Assembly: GCF_006345805.1 (NCBI RefSeq)
Contig: NC_043017.1
Location: 17,112,001 to 17,176,000 of the forward strand
DNA from: Octopus sinensis
Lineage: Eukaryota
Length of the DNA stretch: 64,000 nucleotides
Reading direction: 5' to 3'
This document shows, in pieces, positions 23,562 to 36,199 of this stretch (the stretch's first letter is position 1; the number at the start of each line of letters is the position of its first letter). Both the position numbers and the translations under genes were made by a program. Below the pieces are notes generated by a model. That model was not told the DNA's origin, searched no databases, and was given only the letters and a program-made list of their open reading frames with translations.

Positions 23562-24415
23562 AAAATGTAAAGCTTTGTATAAGCTTTGTTGAGTTAAAAA
23601 ATGGTTATCATAATTGTATTAAAATACAGTTATACAGTCTTTGAAAATGGTAAGAAAATGTTAAAAATTAGAATCTATGACAATGAATGATAAGAAAATG
23701 TTAAGAGGGGCTTTTTGTTTAAACAGTTTACATGAAAGTGTTCAAAGTAGGTAGTAAAATAAATTCATAATTATTTTAAGTTCATCAAAAATCATGGTTG
23801 TATAAGAAGCATATATTTAAGAAGGAAATGTACTTAAGTATTTATACAGAATTTTAGGGGAATGCCCAACTCTTCTATTCATCATCTTCTGTCTTGTAGT
23901 GTGTGTATGAGATGTTTGCTATTTTTAAACATAGTGTGGGAAGGCATTGTGGAATCAAAAGGATTCTTTTGTTTCTGGGTTAGTCTGTCTTGGTTCAGTG
24001 GTTTTTGGGAGTTCAAAATGGTGTGAGTGCAAGTGTGTGTGTTATTCTGTGTGGTGTATGCATATGTTTGGATGTATTGTGAGTTATATATTGTTCACGC
24101 CATGGGTGTGTTTGTGTGAGTGTGTCTATGTGTATTTGTCAGGGTGGTGTGTGTTATTGTGTGTGTGTGTGTATGCTTGTGTATGTGTGTGTGTGTGTGT
24201 GTCTGTGAATGTTTGTTGTGATTGCTGGGATTGTATTGTGTGTGTATATATATATATATATATATTATATATATGTATATATATGTATATGTATATGTAT
24301 ATATATACATATATATATATATGTATATATATGTATATATATGTATATATATATGTATATATATGTATATATATACATATATATATATATGTATATATAT
24401 ATGTATATATATATG

Positions 24416-24448
<33 letters not shown>

Positions 24449-24501
24449 TTTTTCTTTGAGTGTATGTGTGTATATTATTCATAATCAAGAATGTTGTTGA
24501 T

Positions 24502-24542
24502 AGTAACTTTGAAGTTTTGGCCAGTTAAGCCATTATCAGACT
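24502..24542 (-). ncRNA. Decayed hammerhead-like motif (G8A, G12A)
   Basis: Minus strand: agt-CTGATAA-t-ggc/ttaactg/gcc-AAAA-ctt/ca/aag-TT-act; all three stems intact. Confidence 0.5.
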
Positions 24543-24628
24543 CGAAACAGAGTAACCCATAAAATTAATGTAAAATTGCTTTTATTATGACTGAACTTAA
24601 AAACAAACATTAGTATATATACACACAT

Positions 24629-25030
24629 AGGTGCAAGAGTGGCTGTGTGGTAAGTAGCTTGTTTACCAACTACATGGTTCCAGGTTCACTCCCACTGTGT
24701 GGCACCTTGGGCAAGTGTCTTCAACTATAGCCTCAGGCCGACCAAAGCCTTGTGAGTGGATTTGGTAGACGTAAACTGAAAGAAGCCCGTTGTATATATG
24801 TATATATATATATATATATGCGTGTGTGTTTGTCCCCCTAGCATTGCTTGACAACCGATGCTGGTTTGTTTATGTCCCCGTTACTTAGCGGTTTGGCAAA
24901 AGAGACTGATAGAATAAGTACTGGGCTTACAAAAGAATAAGTCCCGGGGTCGAGTTGCTCGATTAAAGGCGGTGCTCGAGCATGGCCGCAGCCAAATGAC
25001 TGAAACAAGTAAAAAAGAGTAAAAAGAAAG
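24629..25030 (+). mobile_element. SINE family A (full length)
   Basis: Head-to-tail match. Confidence 0.9.
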
Positions 25031-25034
25031 ATGT

Positions 25035-25071
<37 letters not shown>

Positions 25072-25108
25072 AATATGCATACACACATATACCTATATCG
25101 TTTATAGT

Positions 25109-25355
25109 GAAGGCACATGGCCTAGTGATTAGACTATTGCCCTCACGATCAGTAGACTAGGTACAATTCCCAGGCTGGGCTGTGAGTTGTGTTCTTGAGA
25201 AAAACACTTCATTTCCCATTGCTGTAATTCTCCTTTCGGTCAGGAAGGAAAGTTGGCCTGCTTACCCAGGGTGGTGTCCCTTGATGGCTAAAACAATACA
25301 TAAAAAGCATTTTGTGACCAGTGATGTGTAACATCTGATAGTCTAGTCATGTGAT
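25109..25355 (+). mobile_element. SINE family C, diverged copy
   Basis: gaaggcacatggcctagtg head; gcattttgtgaccagtgatgtgtaacatctgatagtctagtcatgtga tail homologous to 34265-34514. Confidence 0.7.
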
Positions 25356-25470
25356 ATGCATATATATATGTTTATATATGTATATCACATGACTTGATGT
25401 TGTTGACCACGTGTGTACCGATGGCAATTTTTTTCCCTCTGTCTCTCCTTTTCTGGATCTTTTCTTCTAT

Positions 25471-25505
25471 GTTTCCGATGAAGAGCTCCGCTCAAAACGT
25501 TAAAC
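25471..25505 (+). ncRNA. Minimal hammerhead-like motif (U4C, G12A)
   Basis: gttt-CCGATGA-a-gagc/tcc/gctc-AAAA-cg-TT-aaac; same family as 47684-47718. Confidence 0.55.
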
Positions 25506-26589
25506 CCTCCTTCTTTCCTTCTTTCCTGAGCGTCCAATAATACTATATTTGTTCCACATCCTCGTGTTGTTGTGTTTTTTCGTGCTTTCATGTCTGGATT
25601 AACTTTATATATATATATATATATATATCATGGACTCTCCCATTGTTAGATGACATGGGGGTTAGGCAATTTCTTGCCGAACAACCATACAGCAGATGAT
25701 TTGTTTATAGTGATCAAATGTTTGTGTTCACGTAGGCTCACTCTCTCCATGAAATTGACATTACCTGTACAGGTGCACCATGTGCCACATAGATGACAAA
25801 ATGGTCACAGAGTAATGTGGAATAAAGTGTTTTGCTCAAGAACACAATGCAACGCTCTGTCTAGGAATTGAAACCATGAGCTTGCAATCATCAATGCAAC
25901 ACACTAACCACTAAGCCATGCACCTATATATATATATACACACATACATGCACACACACATATATATGTATGTGCATATGTATCTATACATACATACAAA
26001 CATAGAGATGGGAAACTGTGTATGGTTGTGCAAATCAGCTGCCCAGCAGATATTAATATAAAGGTGAAGATCAGTGAAAAAGAGAACACCTACACTGAAC
26101 TATAGAGAAATCTGTAGTTACTATATCCAGATTACAAGTTCAGGTTTATACCTGTAATAATTTGGGCCCTAGGATGTGTAACACACTACCTAAATACCAA
26201 TCTTGAGAAATTAGGCTTCTCGAAACCGGAAAGGAAAAAGCTAATTCAAAGGCTACAGATCCAGTCTATCACTGGAACTAAAAATCTGTAAAACTTTCCA
26301 GAAGTTTATCATTTAAATATATACGAGTATGTCTAGATATGTAGCTATATGCATGAGAATATATACATAAAACATACTAATCTGCACATACATGCATACA
26401 TACATACAAACAAAAACACCCTGTTGTTGATGTTGAAATTTCAATAAAGGAGCATTGAACGTAGGTTAGAAACTGGTTCTTTCTCTATTGGCAAGAAATC
26501 TTGGATTAAAACTGAATAATGACATTCAAAATTCAATAAAAATCTTGTTCACTTATGAAATATTGTTGTGATTTATTTTTCGAGAATTC

Positions 26590-26989
26590 ATCATCATCGT
26601 CATCATCGTTTAACGTCCGTTTTCCATGCTAGCATGGGTTGGACGGTTCAACTGGGGTCTGGGAAGCCAGTAGGCTGTGCCAGGCCCAGTCTGATCTGGC
26701 AGTGTTTCTACAGCTGGATGCCCTTCCTAACGCCAACCACTCCGTGAGTGTAGTGGGTGCTTTTTACGTGCCACCTGCACAGGTGCAAGACGAGGCTGAC
26801 AACGGCCACAATCGGATGGTGCTTTTTACGTGCCACCGGCATGGGGGCCAGACGAGGCTGGCAACGGCCACGATTGGATGGTGCTTTTACGTGCCACCTG
26901 CACAGGTGCAAGACGAGGCTGGCAAACAGCCACAATCGGATGGTGCTTTTTACGTGCCACCAGCACGGAAGCCAGTCGGGGCGGTGCTG
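26590..26989 (-). mobile_element. SINE-like family B copy with (G)AATTC target-site duplication
   Basis: gaattc at 26584-26589 and 26990-26995; the empty site survives in the duplicate at 27450-27460. Confidence 0.88.
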
Positions 26990-27176
26990 GAATTCTATTT
27001 TAAAATTCAATAAAAATTAAGATATACATATATAAAGATAGCATGTAGATAAATGCACTCAGATACATAGACAGATACACACACACAGCTACACATACAT
27101 ACTTTCTTTCTTCCTTCCTTCCTTTCTTTTTTTCTTTCTCTCTTTCTCATAAGAAACTATTTTCCTTTCTTTTCAG

Positions 27177-27299
27177 ATTGATTTGCAGAACATTAAAGAT
27201 GCTTACCAGAGAAACTATGGAAAACCCTTATACAATGCCATCGCTTCAGATACAAGTGGAGACTATAAGAAGCTGTTGCTGGCGTTGGTTGGTCAGTAA
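27177..27299 (+). CDS. Annexin terminal coding exon: [40 protein letters not shown]
   Basis: Long pyrimidine tract and tttcAG at 27176. 123 nt, ends TAA at 27297-27299. SE|IDL..IK..Y...YGK.L...[12 protein letters not shown] is the canonical annexin C-terminus. Follows a 15.8 kb intron. Confidence 0.96.
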   Translation: MDLQNIKDAYQRNYGKPLYNAIASDTSGDYKKLLLALVGQ

Positions 27300-27406
27300 A
27301 AACTTGTGGAAGACAAATGGAAATCGATTTTCATTGATGCATGTAATCTGCACAACGGCTCCCTTGTTTGTTCTTATTTGTTTCAGAATTGTTAGAAGAA
27401 ATTTTA

Positions 27407-27555
27407 TCTTGTTCAACTACTTATGAAATATTGTTGTGATTTATTTTTTGAAAATTCTATTTTAAAATTCAATTAAAAATTAAAATATGCATATAGCATG
27501 TAGATACAGATGCACTCAGATACAGATACACACACACACAGAGCTACACATACAT
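27407..27555. repeat. ~150-bp direct repeat in the 3' UTR, duplicated in the last intron (26543-27100, SINE-interrupted)
   Basis: cttatgaaatattgttgtgatttattttt..aattctattttaaaattcaa..tagcatgtagata..tgcactcagatac..gctacacatacat is present in both. Confidence 0.88.
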
Positions 27556-29565
27556 GCACACAGATACATATGGATGTGCTCAGATATACACATATATGCA
27601 CATACAAATTAATTATTGACTGAGAGCCCAAAACTTTCCAATGAGTGTTTCATATAATTTGAATCCGTAAAAGAACAACTATAGACACAGACACATAGAC
27701 ATACATTCATACATACATTCATACATACATTCATACATACATTCATACATACATACATACATACATACATACATACATACACATGTACACCGTTACCAGT
27801 TTAAATTTTTTGTGTTCTCTTATGTTAAATATGTTCTCATTAACTTAAATAATTTAACATGTGTACAACATGCAAAAATTATTTTTTTTTCTCTGATTAT
27901 TTCTACTTTTCTACAAATGTACATTTGCTTAGTTATTCTCTTTCCATTGCACAGTCACTACGGGGAAAACTGTGTTTGCTGAGGCATTATAACACTGAAA
28001 TGCATTTTGGAGTAGTTTCCATACTTGCTTTAAGAACATTACCATGAATAAAAGCATTAACATTTTTATCAAAATATTCTACCAGTTTCAGTCATATAAA
28101 GAGATGTTTTAGTCATGCTAAACTGTGTAGTTTTCTCCGCATCTTCAGTATGTAATTATATAGATTAAGTTTTCAGATGCACTGGAGAAATTATTATTCA
28201 TGGGAATAACTGAGGAGATGTGTCATTAAGACAACTCTTGATTCAGCGTAGATCATAAATCAAAATAAGGGTTTACAGACACATAGGACTCAGTGAACAT
28301 ATAGACAAATAAAAAACAACCAAATTTTGTTATTTTTTTGTATCAATTGAGCAATCATGCAACACAACAGCAACAACACATCAACAAAGAAACAACCTTC
28401 ATAACCAAATACTAACCACTTCTAAATAGCTGTGGGAGAAGAAGGGAGACAACTACCACCACCCTTAACTTTTGCTGAAGCTGCTCCGATGCTACTAGTT
28501 AGATTGACCACAACCTCAACTACTACAGCCAATAGCATAGCTGTTGCTATTACTGTAACGATTTCTTAATGAAAACAGACAATTGCAACTGTTACGCTAC
28601 AAGGACACTATGGCCATAAGAAGGGATTAGACTATCAGCACAATGTAAGAAAAATCATATGGTTTGCAGAACTAATATCATGAATGATTAATTCAAATAA
28701 ATTTATTCCAATTTAATTTTCACTTTCCTCACAGAATGACTAAATCATTTTTTAAAGTGATTGAAACCAGTAGCATATTTTGATAAGAATGTAAAAACTT
28801 TCTTCTATCCATTATAAAGTTCTGAAAACATTTTCATCTTCTTGTTTTAATAAAATAAATTTCTTCATGTGAAACTGTTTAACCTTTTCAATATATATAC
28901 ATATATCTGTGCATACGCACAGTTATATGTATAAAGGTATGTGTTTTTGAATGTATACAGATGATTATGGCTTCATACTGGTAGGAATTGCAATAATACA
29001 AAAATGTACTCAATACTAACTAACCATTAGACTAGAATAACTATTCAAAGCTAAAACTGCATGAATCACTACTCTGAGTTTTTTGTTCTTTCAAAAAATT
29101 CTGGGTAGCAGCGGATGCTGGCTTCTCCAAAATGGTAAACTTGTTCCCATCATACTTCAAACTTTCAATGCCTCACCTTATCTCTTATCTTCCCTCTCAG
29201 TTGAGGTGGTTCATAAGTCTTGTGAGTTAGTTATGGTGCTATGAACAAACATCTTGTGAAGTAGTTGGCATTAGAAAAGGATTATAGTGATAGAAATTAT
29301 GCCAAAACTGAGACACAGAAGCAAGACATTGTCCTCTAACCTGGTGGATCTTCTTAGAACATCCAACACATACCAGCCCGGAAAATAGACATAAAAGTGA
29401 AGCTGAAGCTGATATGATATATATATATATATATGTATATATATAACTTCAGCTTCAGCATCAATTCTATCTCTATTTTATATATACATGTGTGTGTATG
29501 TATATGTATATATATATATGTAAAAATGTATGTATATGTATGCATATATGTATATGAATATGTAT

Positions 29566-29597
<32 letters not shown>

Positions 29598-29701
29598 GTG
29601 TGTATATATATATACATACACATATATATATGCATGCATGTATGTAGAAGTAAATGTATGGACAAGCAAGTTAGACAGATCAATGTATAAAATATATTCT
29701 T

Positions 29702-29880
29702 TTCTACCCTTGGTACAAAGCACAAAATTTTGGGGGAGGGGGCCAGTCGATTAGATCGACCCCAGCACAGAACTGGCACCTAATTTATCGACCCTGAAAG
29801 GTTGAAAGGCAAAGTCAACCTCAGCAGAATTTGAACTTAAATTCGGACATAAAGACAGACGAAATGCCGCTTGCCACCTT
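29702..29880 (-). mobile_element. SINE family D, diverged copy
   Basis: aatttatcgacc..gaaagg.tgaaaggcaaagtcaacctc.gcagaatttgaact shared with the copies at 57654 and 63681. Confidence 0.75.
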
Positions 29881-30224
29881 AATATATAAAGTATATTAAA
29901 TACATGAAATACAAAACAATGTATATGTATACGTATATGTATACGTACCTCACTATCTCAGCTATTAATTCTATAATTTTCACATAAACCTAACACAATA
30001 GACTACCATTCACATACTACTGACACCACCTTCCCCTCTTCCTCCTACTTTCTACCTCTACTACTCCCACCTAGTCTCTTTATTAATCCCTCGCTCTTGA
30101 AATTTATTTTATTCTCACACTATTTCCTATCTGTATACCTTGCCAATTCCCTGCTCTAATAAATTTAGCTCTTCACATTCAATCTCTGAACTTATTTCCT
30201 TCAACATTTCAAATGTAAGATCTC

Positions 30225-30317
30225 ATCCCTGAAGACTGAGGCTCATCTCATCCTATGATGGAATCACTCTACAAGCATTATTATGCACCGTCAAGCCCTC
30301 AGAAACAGCTGTTGGAT
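30225..30317 (+). ncRNA. Type I hammerhead-like motif with an intact canonical core
   Basis: atcc-CTGAAGA-c-tgagg[55 nt]cctca-GAAA-cagctg-TT-ggat; palindromic stem III ACAGCUGU. Confidence 0.68.
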
Positions 30318-30688
30318 ATATAATACTTTTCTTCAACCCCATTAATTCTTTATACCATTTGTATTCTGTGCATGTAGACCATTTACATGGTTACATATGC
30401 ATTTATTGTATTTCAGGTATTTAATATACTATATATATATATATATACTAATCTTGCTAACTTGCTTATCCATACATTTACATCTATAACTGCTCAAGTT
30501 TAAATGTCTTGATCACTACTAAATGTCTTCCTTACGGGGAATATCTGGATCTCATCTATAAACAGTCTGCATGTATGTATGTATGTCTACCTGTATATAT
30601 TATATATATGTGTATGTATGTTTGTATGTGTATATATATGTGTGCATGTATAGGTATGTATGTATATATATATATATGTATAGATATG

Positions 30689-30736
<48 letters not shown>

Positions 30737-30927
30737 GATATGTATGTGTGTATATATATATATATGTATGTATGGATATGTATGTGTATATATATATATA
30801 TGTATGTATGGATATGTATGCATATATATGTATAGATATGTATGCACTATATATATATATGTATGCACATATATATATGTATAGATATGTATGCGTATAT
30901 ATATCTATCTATGTATAGATATGTATG

Positions 30928-30963
<36 letters not shown>

Positions 30964-31011
30964 CTGTATATATATGTATGTATATATATTGTATAAAGGA
31001 TCATAGGTAAG

Positions 31012-31177
31012 GCCTAAACAATATAAAGTAAATGCAAGGTAAATCACAAGAAAAACATATATGAATTAAATAATGGAGTCATAACCTCGAAATATTGAAT
31101 GCAAGGTGTAAGTCTACATTAATTCAAATATTTGTTTTCTTGTGATTTACCTTGCATTTACTTTGCATTGTTTTGGC
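31012..31177. mobile_element. Fold-back MITE-like element (long TIRs); second copy at 32623-32828
   Basis: aaagtaaatgcaaggtaaatcacaagaaaa pairs with ttttcttgtgatttaccttgcatttacttt; ends gcc.aaacaat / attgttttggc in both copies. Confidence 0.72.
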
Positions 31178-31479
31178 ATTACACATGACACTTTATATAT
31201 AATATATATATAATTATATATATATATATATATATTAGTAGGTAGTATGTATGTATATATTTATATATATATTCAATATATGACTCTGTGTGTAGTGTTG
31301 GCGATTTTCTTTCTCCGTCTTCCCATCATTGGACTTTTTCTATATTTCTCTCCGTGTTTCTTTCTGTGTTCCTTTCTTTGGAAGAGCATAGGCCTGAAAC
31401 ATTAAAGACTTTTCACTTCCAAAGCATTAGACTAATACATCTGCTTGTTGACTACAACACCTGCCTTCGTTTTCTTGTG

Positions 31480-31517
31480 TGTATATATATATGTGTATAT
31501 ATATATATATGTATATA

Positions 31518-31548
<31 letters not shown>

Positions 31549-31719
31549 GTATCTAATATATATGTGTGTATGTATATATATGTATCTATATACATGTGTA
31601 TATATTATGTATGTATGTGTATCTATATGTATGTATGTGTATGGATATATATGTATGTATGTGTATATATATAATATGTAATATATATAGTATGTATGTT
31701 ATATATATATATATGTATG

Positions 31720-31777
<58 letters not shown>

Positions 31778-32600
31778 TATATGTATGTATATTTATGTAT
31801 ATACATATATATATATGTATGTATATGTATTTGTAATAATACATATATATATATGTATGTATATGTATTTGTATATATATATGTATATATGTGCAGATAT
31901 ATATATATATGTGTATATATGTGCAGATATATATATATATGTGTATATATGTATGTATGCATATATGTATATATATATGAATATCTATGTATGTATGTAT
32001 GTATGTATATATGTATATACGTATGTATATATATATATGTATATATATGTGTATATATATATGTGTATGTATATGTATGTATATATATATATGTGTATGT
32101 ATATGTATATATATATATGTATGTATATGTATGTATATATATGTGTGTATGTGTATATATATATGTATGTATGTATATATATGTATGTATATATGTATAT
32201 ATATGTATGTATATATGCATATATATGTACATATATATAAATATATTTTCTATATATGTATGTACATATATACATGCATTTTATATATATATTATATATT
32301 TATATATATTATAAAAATTGATGTTATATGTATATACATATATCTATGTTGTTTTATTTATGTATATTTATATATATTTATATGTATGATATGTATATGT
32401 GTATGTATATTATATATATATATTATAGATATGTATGTATATTTTTATATACTATATATGTGTATATTTATATATATTATATACATATGTATCTATATTT
32501 TTTCATATATACATATGTATGACTATTTACACAATACATGTATGGATATATATGTATATACGTATGTGTGTAAGTATGGAAGTGTGTGTGTATATATATA
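31480..32600. repeat. ~1.1-kb compound (TA)/(TATG)/(TG) microsatellite. Similar blocks at 5690-5960, 18330-18690, 19330-19680, 24170-24450, 29410-29650, 30570-30990, 36990-37220, 45260-45870, 46180-46400, 49500-49760, 50270-50600, 54480-54700
   Basis: Direct inspection; these blocks generate the Y/I/M/C/V/H/T-rich spurious ORFs. Confidence 0.97.
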
Positions 32601-32885
32601 TAGTATAAAAATCGTACGCAACGCCAAAACAATGCAAAGGAAACGAATACTTGAATTAATGTAGACTTTGTATTGAATATTTCGGGGTGTTGAGCACATG
32701 TTCAACATTCACCAATTTCTTGAAAATGTGGCCATCACCCCGATATATTGAATACAAGGTAAGTCTACATTAATCCACATATTTGTTTCCTTGTCATTTA
32801 CCCTGCATTTACTTCGCATTGTTTTGGCCTTAGGCATGATCTTTTATGCAATATTTTCTACACAACGCTTCATAGTAATTATTCC

Positions 32886-32931
<46 letters not shown>

Positions 32932-33231
32932 CACACGTGTGTCTATATGTATAAATACACATGTATTTACATATATGTGTATATGTGTGTGTATGTATGA
33001 AGGTACACACTATCACAAACACATAGTGATTTATAAGTTGCTTTTAGCATTTTCGATTTTGAAATCTAAAGATATCTAGTTTAATCATCCTGCTCTTATA
33101 TATATACAATTATAATAACTCTATATGATAATGTGTTTTATTTCCACAGACATTTTAAAGAGGTAGAAAATAACGTGCCTTTTTATAACATTTGTTTTGT
33201 TGTATTTTTTGTTCCTACTTTTGAATTACTT

Positions 33232-34100
33232 TCATGAAAAATAAAATTTATCAAACAAATAAATTATTTTATTGTTGGTGTAGTTTGTGGTGGTGCATGG
33301 TGTGTGGTTGGCATTAGTGGTATTAGTAAGTGAGTTCTTGTTATTTGGGCTGCTTATAGGGTGATGAGGGTTTAGGAATTTGATTCTTTGTTTATATCCT
33401 GATTTCAGTAGTGTGGAGTTATAGGCTTCTTTATGTCTGTTAAAGATGTCTATGTTGGAAGAGAGGTGTGATATTCTATTGCTAATGCTACGTACTAGGC
33501 TTATCTTAATAAAGTTGGGGTGATTACTTGCAGCGTTAATGTATTTGAGGTTCGTGTTGGGTTTCATGTAGGGTTCATAGAGTCCTGTGGCTAGGTTGCA
33601 GGTTGTGTCTAAGTAGTTAATAGAGGTGTGTTCCTTTTCGATAGAAATAGTCCAAATCTTTTGAAGAATTTCTGTAGTTTTTCTTGATAAGCTCTAGTTT
33701 CCTATTTGAGAGTTTCTTAATTATGAAGAGAGCGTCATCTCTGTATAATCCGCCTTTGAGTTCCGGGAGTTCGTCCTGTATGTATGATAGCATGTAGGTA
33801 CCTACCAGGTCAGTTATTTGTGCTGAATCTGGGGCTCCCACTGTGATATAAAAAGAGTTAGGGGTATCTTTACGTACCCAGAGTTTGTTATCAAAGCCAA
33901 TAAGTGATTTCCTCTTTAAGATATGTACTTTTGGGTGGAATGGGTATATCTCTTAAAGAGGTTTCCATTGTTATTTTCTCCATTTTGCCAGTGTGCGGTT
34001 AGTTGATGCCGGCTAAAGTATCTTAGTCCGGAGGTTATAAGTTGTGTAGGTATCAATTTAGAGGGGTTTAATACTTCTAAGGGATAATTAAATCCAGAGT
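33232..34100 (-). pseudogene. Penelope-like RT/thumb remnant
   Basis: MGAPDSAQITDLVG.Y.L...GGLYRDD; KPNTNLKYINAASNHP..IK.S...SI..RIS.LSS....F......Y...L..SGY. Confidence 0.88.
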
Positions 34101-34231
34101 CACTCCTGACTATTGGCTGGGTAGGTACAGTCTTTTGTAAGATGCGGTAGCAATCGGTTCGGTTGGTAAATCGGAGTTTAGGTTATATGGGAGAAGAAAA
34201 TGGATAAAATAACAATGGGAAACTCGTGGTT

Positions 34232-34264
<33 letters not shown>

Positions 34265-34265
<1 letters not shown>

Positions 34266-34514
34266 GAGGCGCAATGGCCCAGTGGTTAGGTTGTAGGATC
34301 GCGGTTTCGATTCCCAGACCGGGCGTTGTGAGTGTTTATTGAGCGAAAACACCTAAAAGCTCCACGAGGCTCCGGCAGGGGGTGGTGTTCTTCTGTTGGC
34401 CTGCTCGCTTAGCCAGCGGGATGACGTCATTCGAAGGTTAAAACAGTGCGAACGCATTGTAACCAGCGATGTGTAACAACATCTGATGGACTGGTCGGTC
34501 ACGTGATCACGTGA
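34265..34514 (+). mobile_element. tRNA-derived SINE family C
   Basis: ggaggcgcaatggcccagtggttagg, ggtttcgattccc B-box, tail ggtcggtcacgtgatcacgtga. Other copies at 49170-49483 (-) and 50604-50723 (+, 3' part). Confidence 0.85.
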
Positions 34515-34530
34515 TATATATATATATATA

Positions 34531-34815
34531 TAATAACAAAGGGTAAAATTATTTAATTAAGAAGTAATCAGTAATTTCACCAAGTAGAATTCAGCATGAA
34601 AAAGACCATTTCATGGTAAGCTTAAGTAATACTTTATAATTAGGGTTCAGCAAAGATTTACTTCACCACATACCGAAGTTTAGAAATAGTTTTCAAGTAC
34701 TTTTGTTTTTCTGGGAGTCCCTTTTAAAGTAGAAGAAATAGCTAAGGTTTTTTGACTGCTATTTCTAAACTTCGGTATGTGGTGAAGTAAATCTTTGCTG
34801 AACCCTAATTATAAA

Positions 34816-34819
<4 letters not shown>
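34531..34819. repeat. Repeat with a 61-bp perfect inverted duplication of its end (34629-34689 / 34759-34819); related element at ~55345-55780
   Basis: atactttataattagggttcagcaaag...tttagaaatag and its exact reverse complement, separated by a 69-bp spacer. Confidence 0.88.
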
Positions 34820-34851
<32 letters not shown>

Positions 34852-35039
34852 GTATAGGACAGACTTCTTTCAAACTGAAAGTACTATCTCATATAACAAT
34901 TTAGACGTACAAGTAGATAATGGTGTTGAATGCTGCCTTGCAAATAAAACAATCCTTTATAGAACTGAAGGCTCACAAAGCCGACTTTATGAACAACTCT
35001 CAGTGCTGACTAATAAAATCAACAAAATAGAAATTAGAC

Positions 35040-35800
35040 AAAATAAGCAAAATGATCGTGATAAAAATCAGCTCAAAATACGACAGGTCACTGGATTTAA
35101 ACAATAGGCAACCTTAAAAAAATGTCATCGAATTGTTCCACAACATAAATAGCAAAAATGTCCTGTTTGTTCACGCTATTTGATATCGTCCACTTTCACT
35201 CTTCCATCAGAAAACCTCAATTTTTTTGATAGTCGAGTAAAACTCAACTATATCAAATAGCATGAACCTGTAGGACGAAAACATTTACTATGATATCAGA
35301 AAATCTCAATTTCTAAAACCACTAAACTACAGCAAAAGGTTCGCTAAAATCACTGACTATAAAATAGGCATCACGATGAAAAGAAATCTCTCTGGTCCCT
35401 TGACAAAACAGCCTGGATGATAAAAAAAAAGAAAATGATGACCTCTTCTAGGAACGTCAGCAAGGGACTTTCGAAAATTTTGTCTGGTAAGGAAATCTTC
35501 GACCAAGCAGCACCACTCTATTGTGAATCCATAAAATCAAACTTATTTCATGAAAAGCTGCAATATTTACCAAAAACATTACAAACAGGTGCCAAACAAA
35601 AGAATATCTGGCTTAACCCAATTTCAGCCGTAATGTAGCAATGAATGTAGCACACCTTCCAAACACTAATCAACAAGCACCTTTCAAGTAAACCCAAATA
35701 ACCCAAATTATTCAACAGAAAAAATACAAAAGTTAACTATGGCCGCAAGAAAGCGTAAAAACATTACAGAATTATGAAACAGTGACACACATAGAAACAG
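35040..35800 (+). pseudogene. Heavily degraded Penelope-like RT remnant
   Basis: tttgatatcgtccacttt (FDIV.F, like FDIxxFYPSI); KILSGKEIFDQAAPLY...L.Y...NIWLNP thumb-like segment. Confidence 0.6.
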
Positions 35801-36199
35801 AAAAAGAACCGAAAATAAATGCAATTTCAGAAGAATTAGGACGTGCCCATTACCTTGAAATTATTTTTATAATTTATATAGCAACAGTTTCCCAACAGAA
35901 ACACAAACATTGGCATCATCAATAGCACCTTAAAAACATACGCACAACATACTCACGCTTTCCGAACCATATACAAAAGGAATGCAACATCACTGCCCAA
36001 ACACCTCTGGGAGTTAAGGGAAAGCAATATCACCACAAATGTAAAATAGTAAATTAACTGTGTACCGTATATAAACAATTCTGGTATCTGCCTCCTCTGC
36101 AGTACGGTAAAATACCACATAATCATAAAATATACACATTCTAAATAAGAGAAATGAAATCATATCACGATGCAGACTCAAAATAGATTAATTTTTGTC

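Noticed and set aside
26165-26235. Possible decayed hammerhead (ccct[g]agga...ctc-GAAA-ccgg-AA)
   Set aside because: Needs both a core indel and U16.1 repair; too degenerate to claim.
27178-27426. ORF 27178..27426 (MICRTLKML...) as the terminal exon product
   Set aside because: Wrong frame; the spliced annexin frame starts at 27177 and stops at 27299.
28047-28313. Definite annexin poly(A) site
   Set aside because: Several candidate hexamers (ATTAAA 27472, AATAAA 28047, AATAAA 28308) cannot be ranked without RNA data.
31288-32708. Many long ORFs rich in Y/I/M/C/V/H/T (also at 5.5, 18.2, 24, 30.5, 45.4, 49.5 and 54.4 kb)
   Set aside because: They are translations of (TA)n/(TG)n/(TATG)n microsatellites that happen to lack stop codons.
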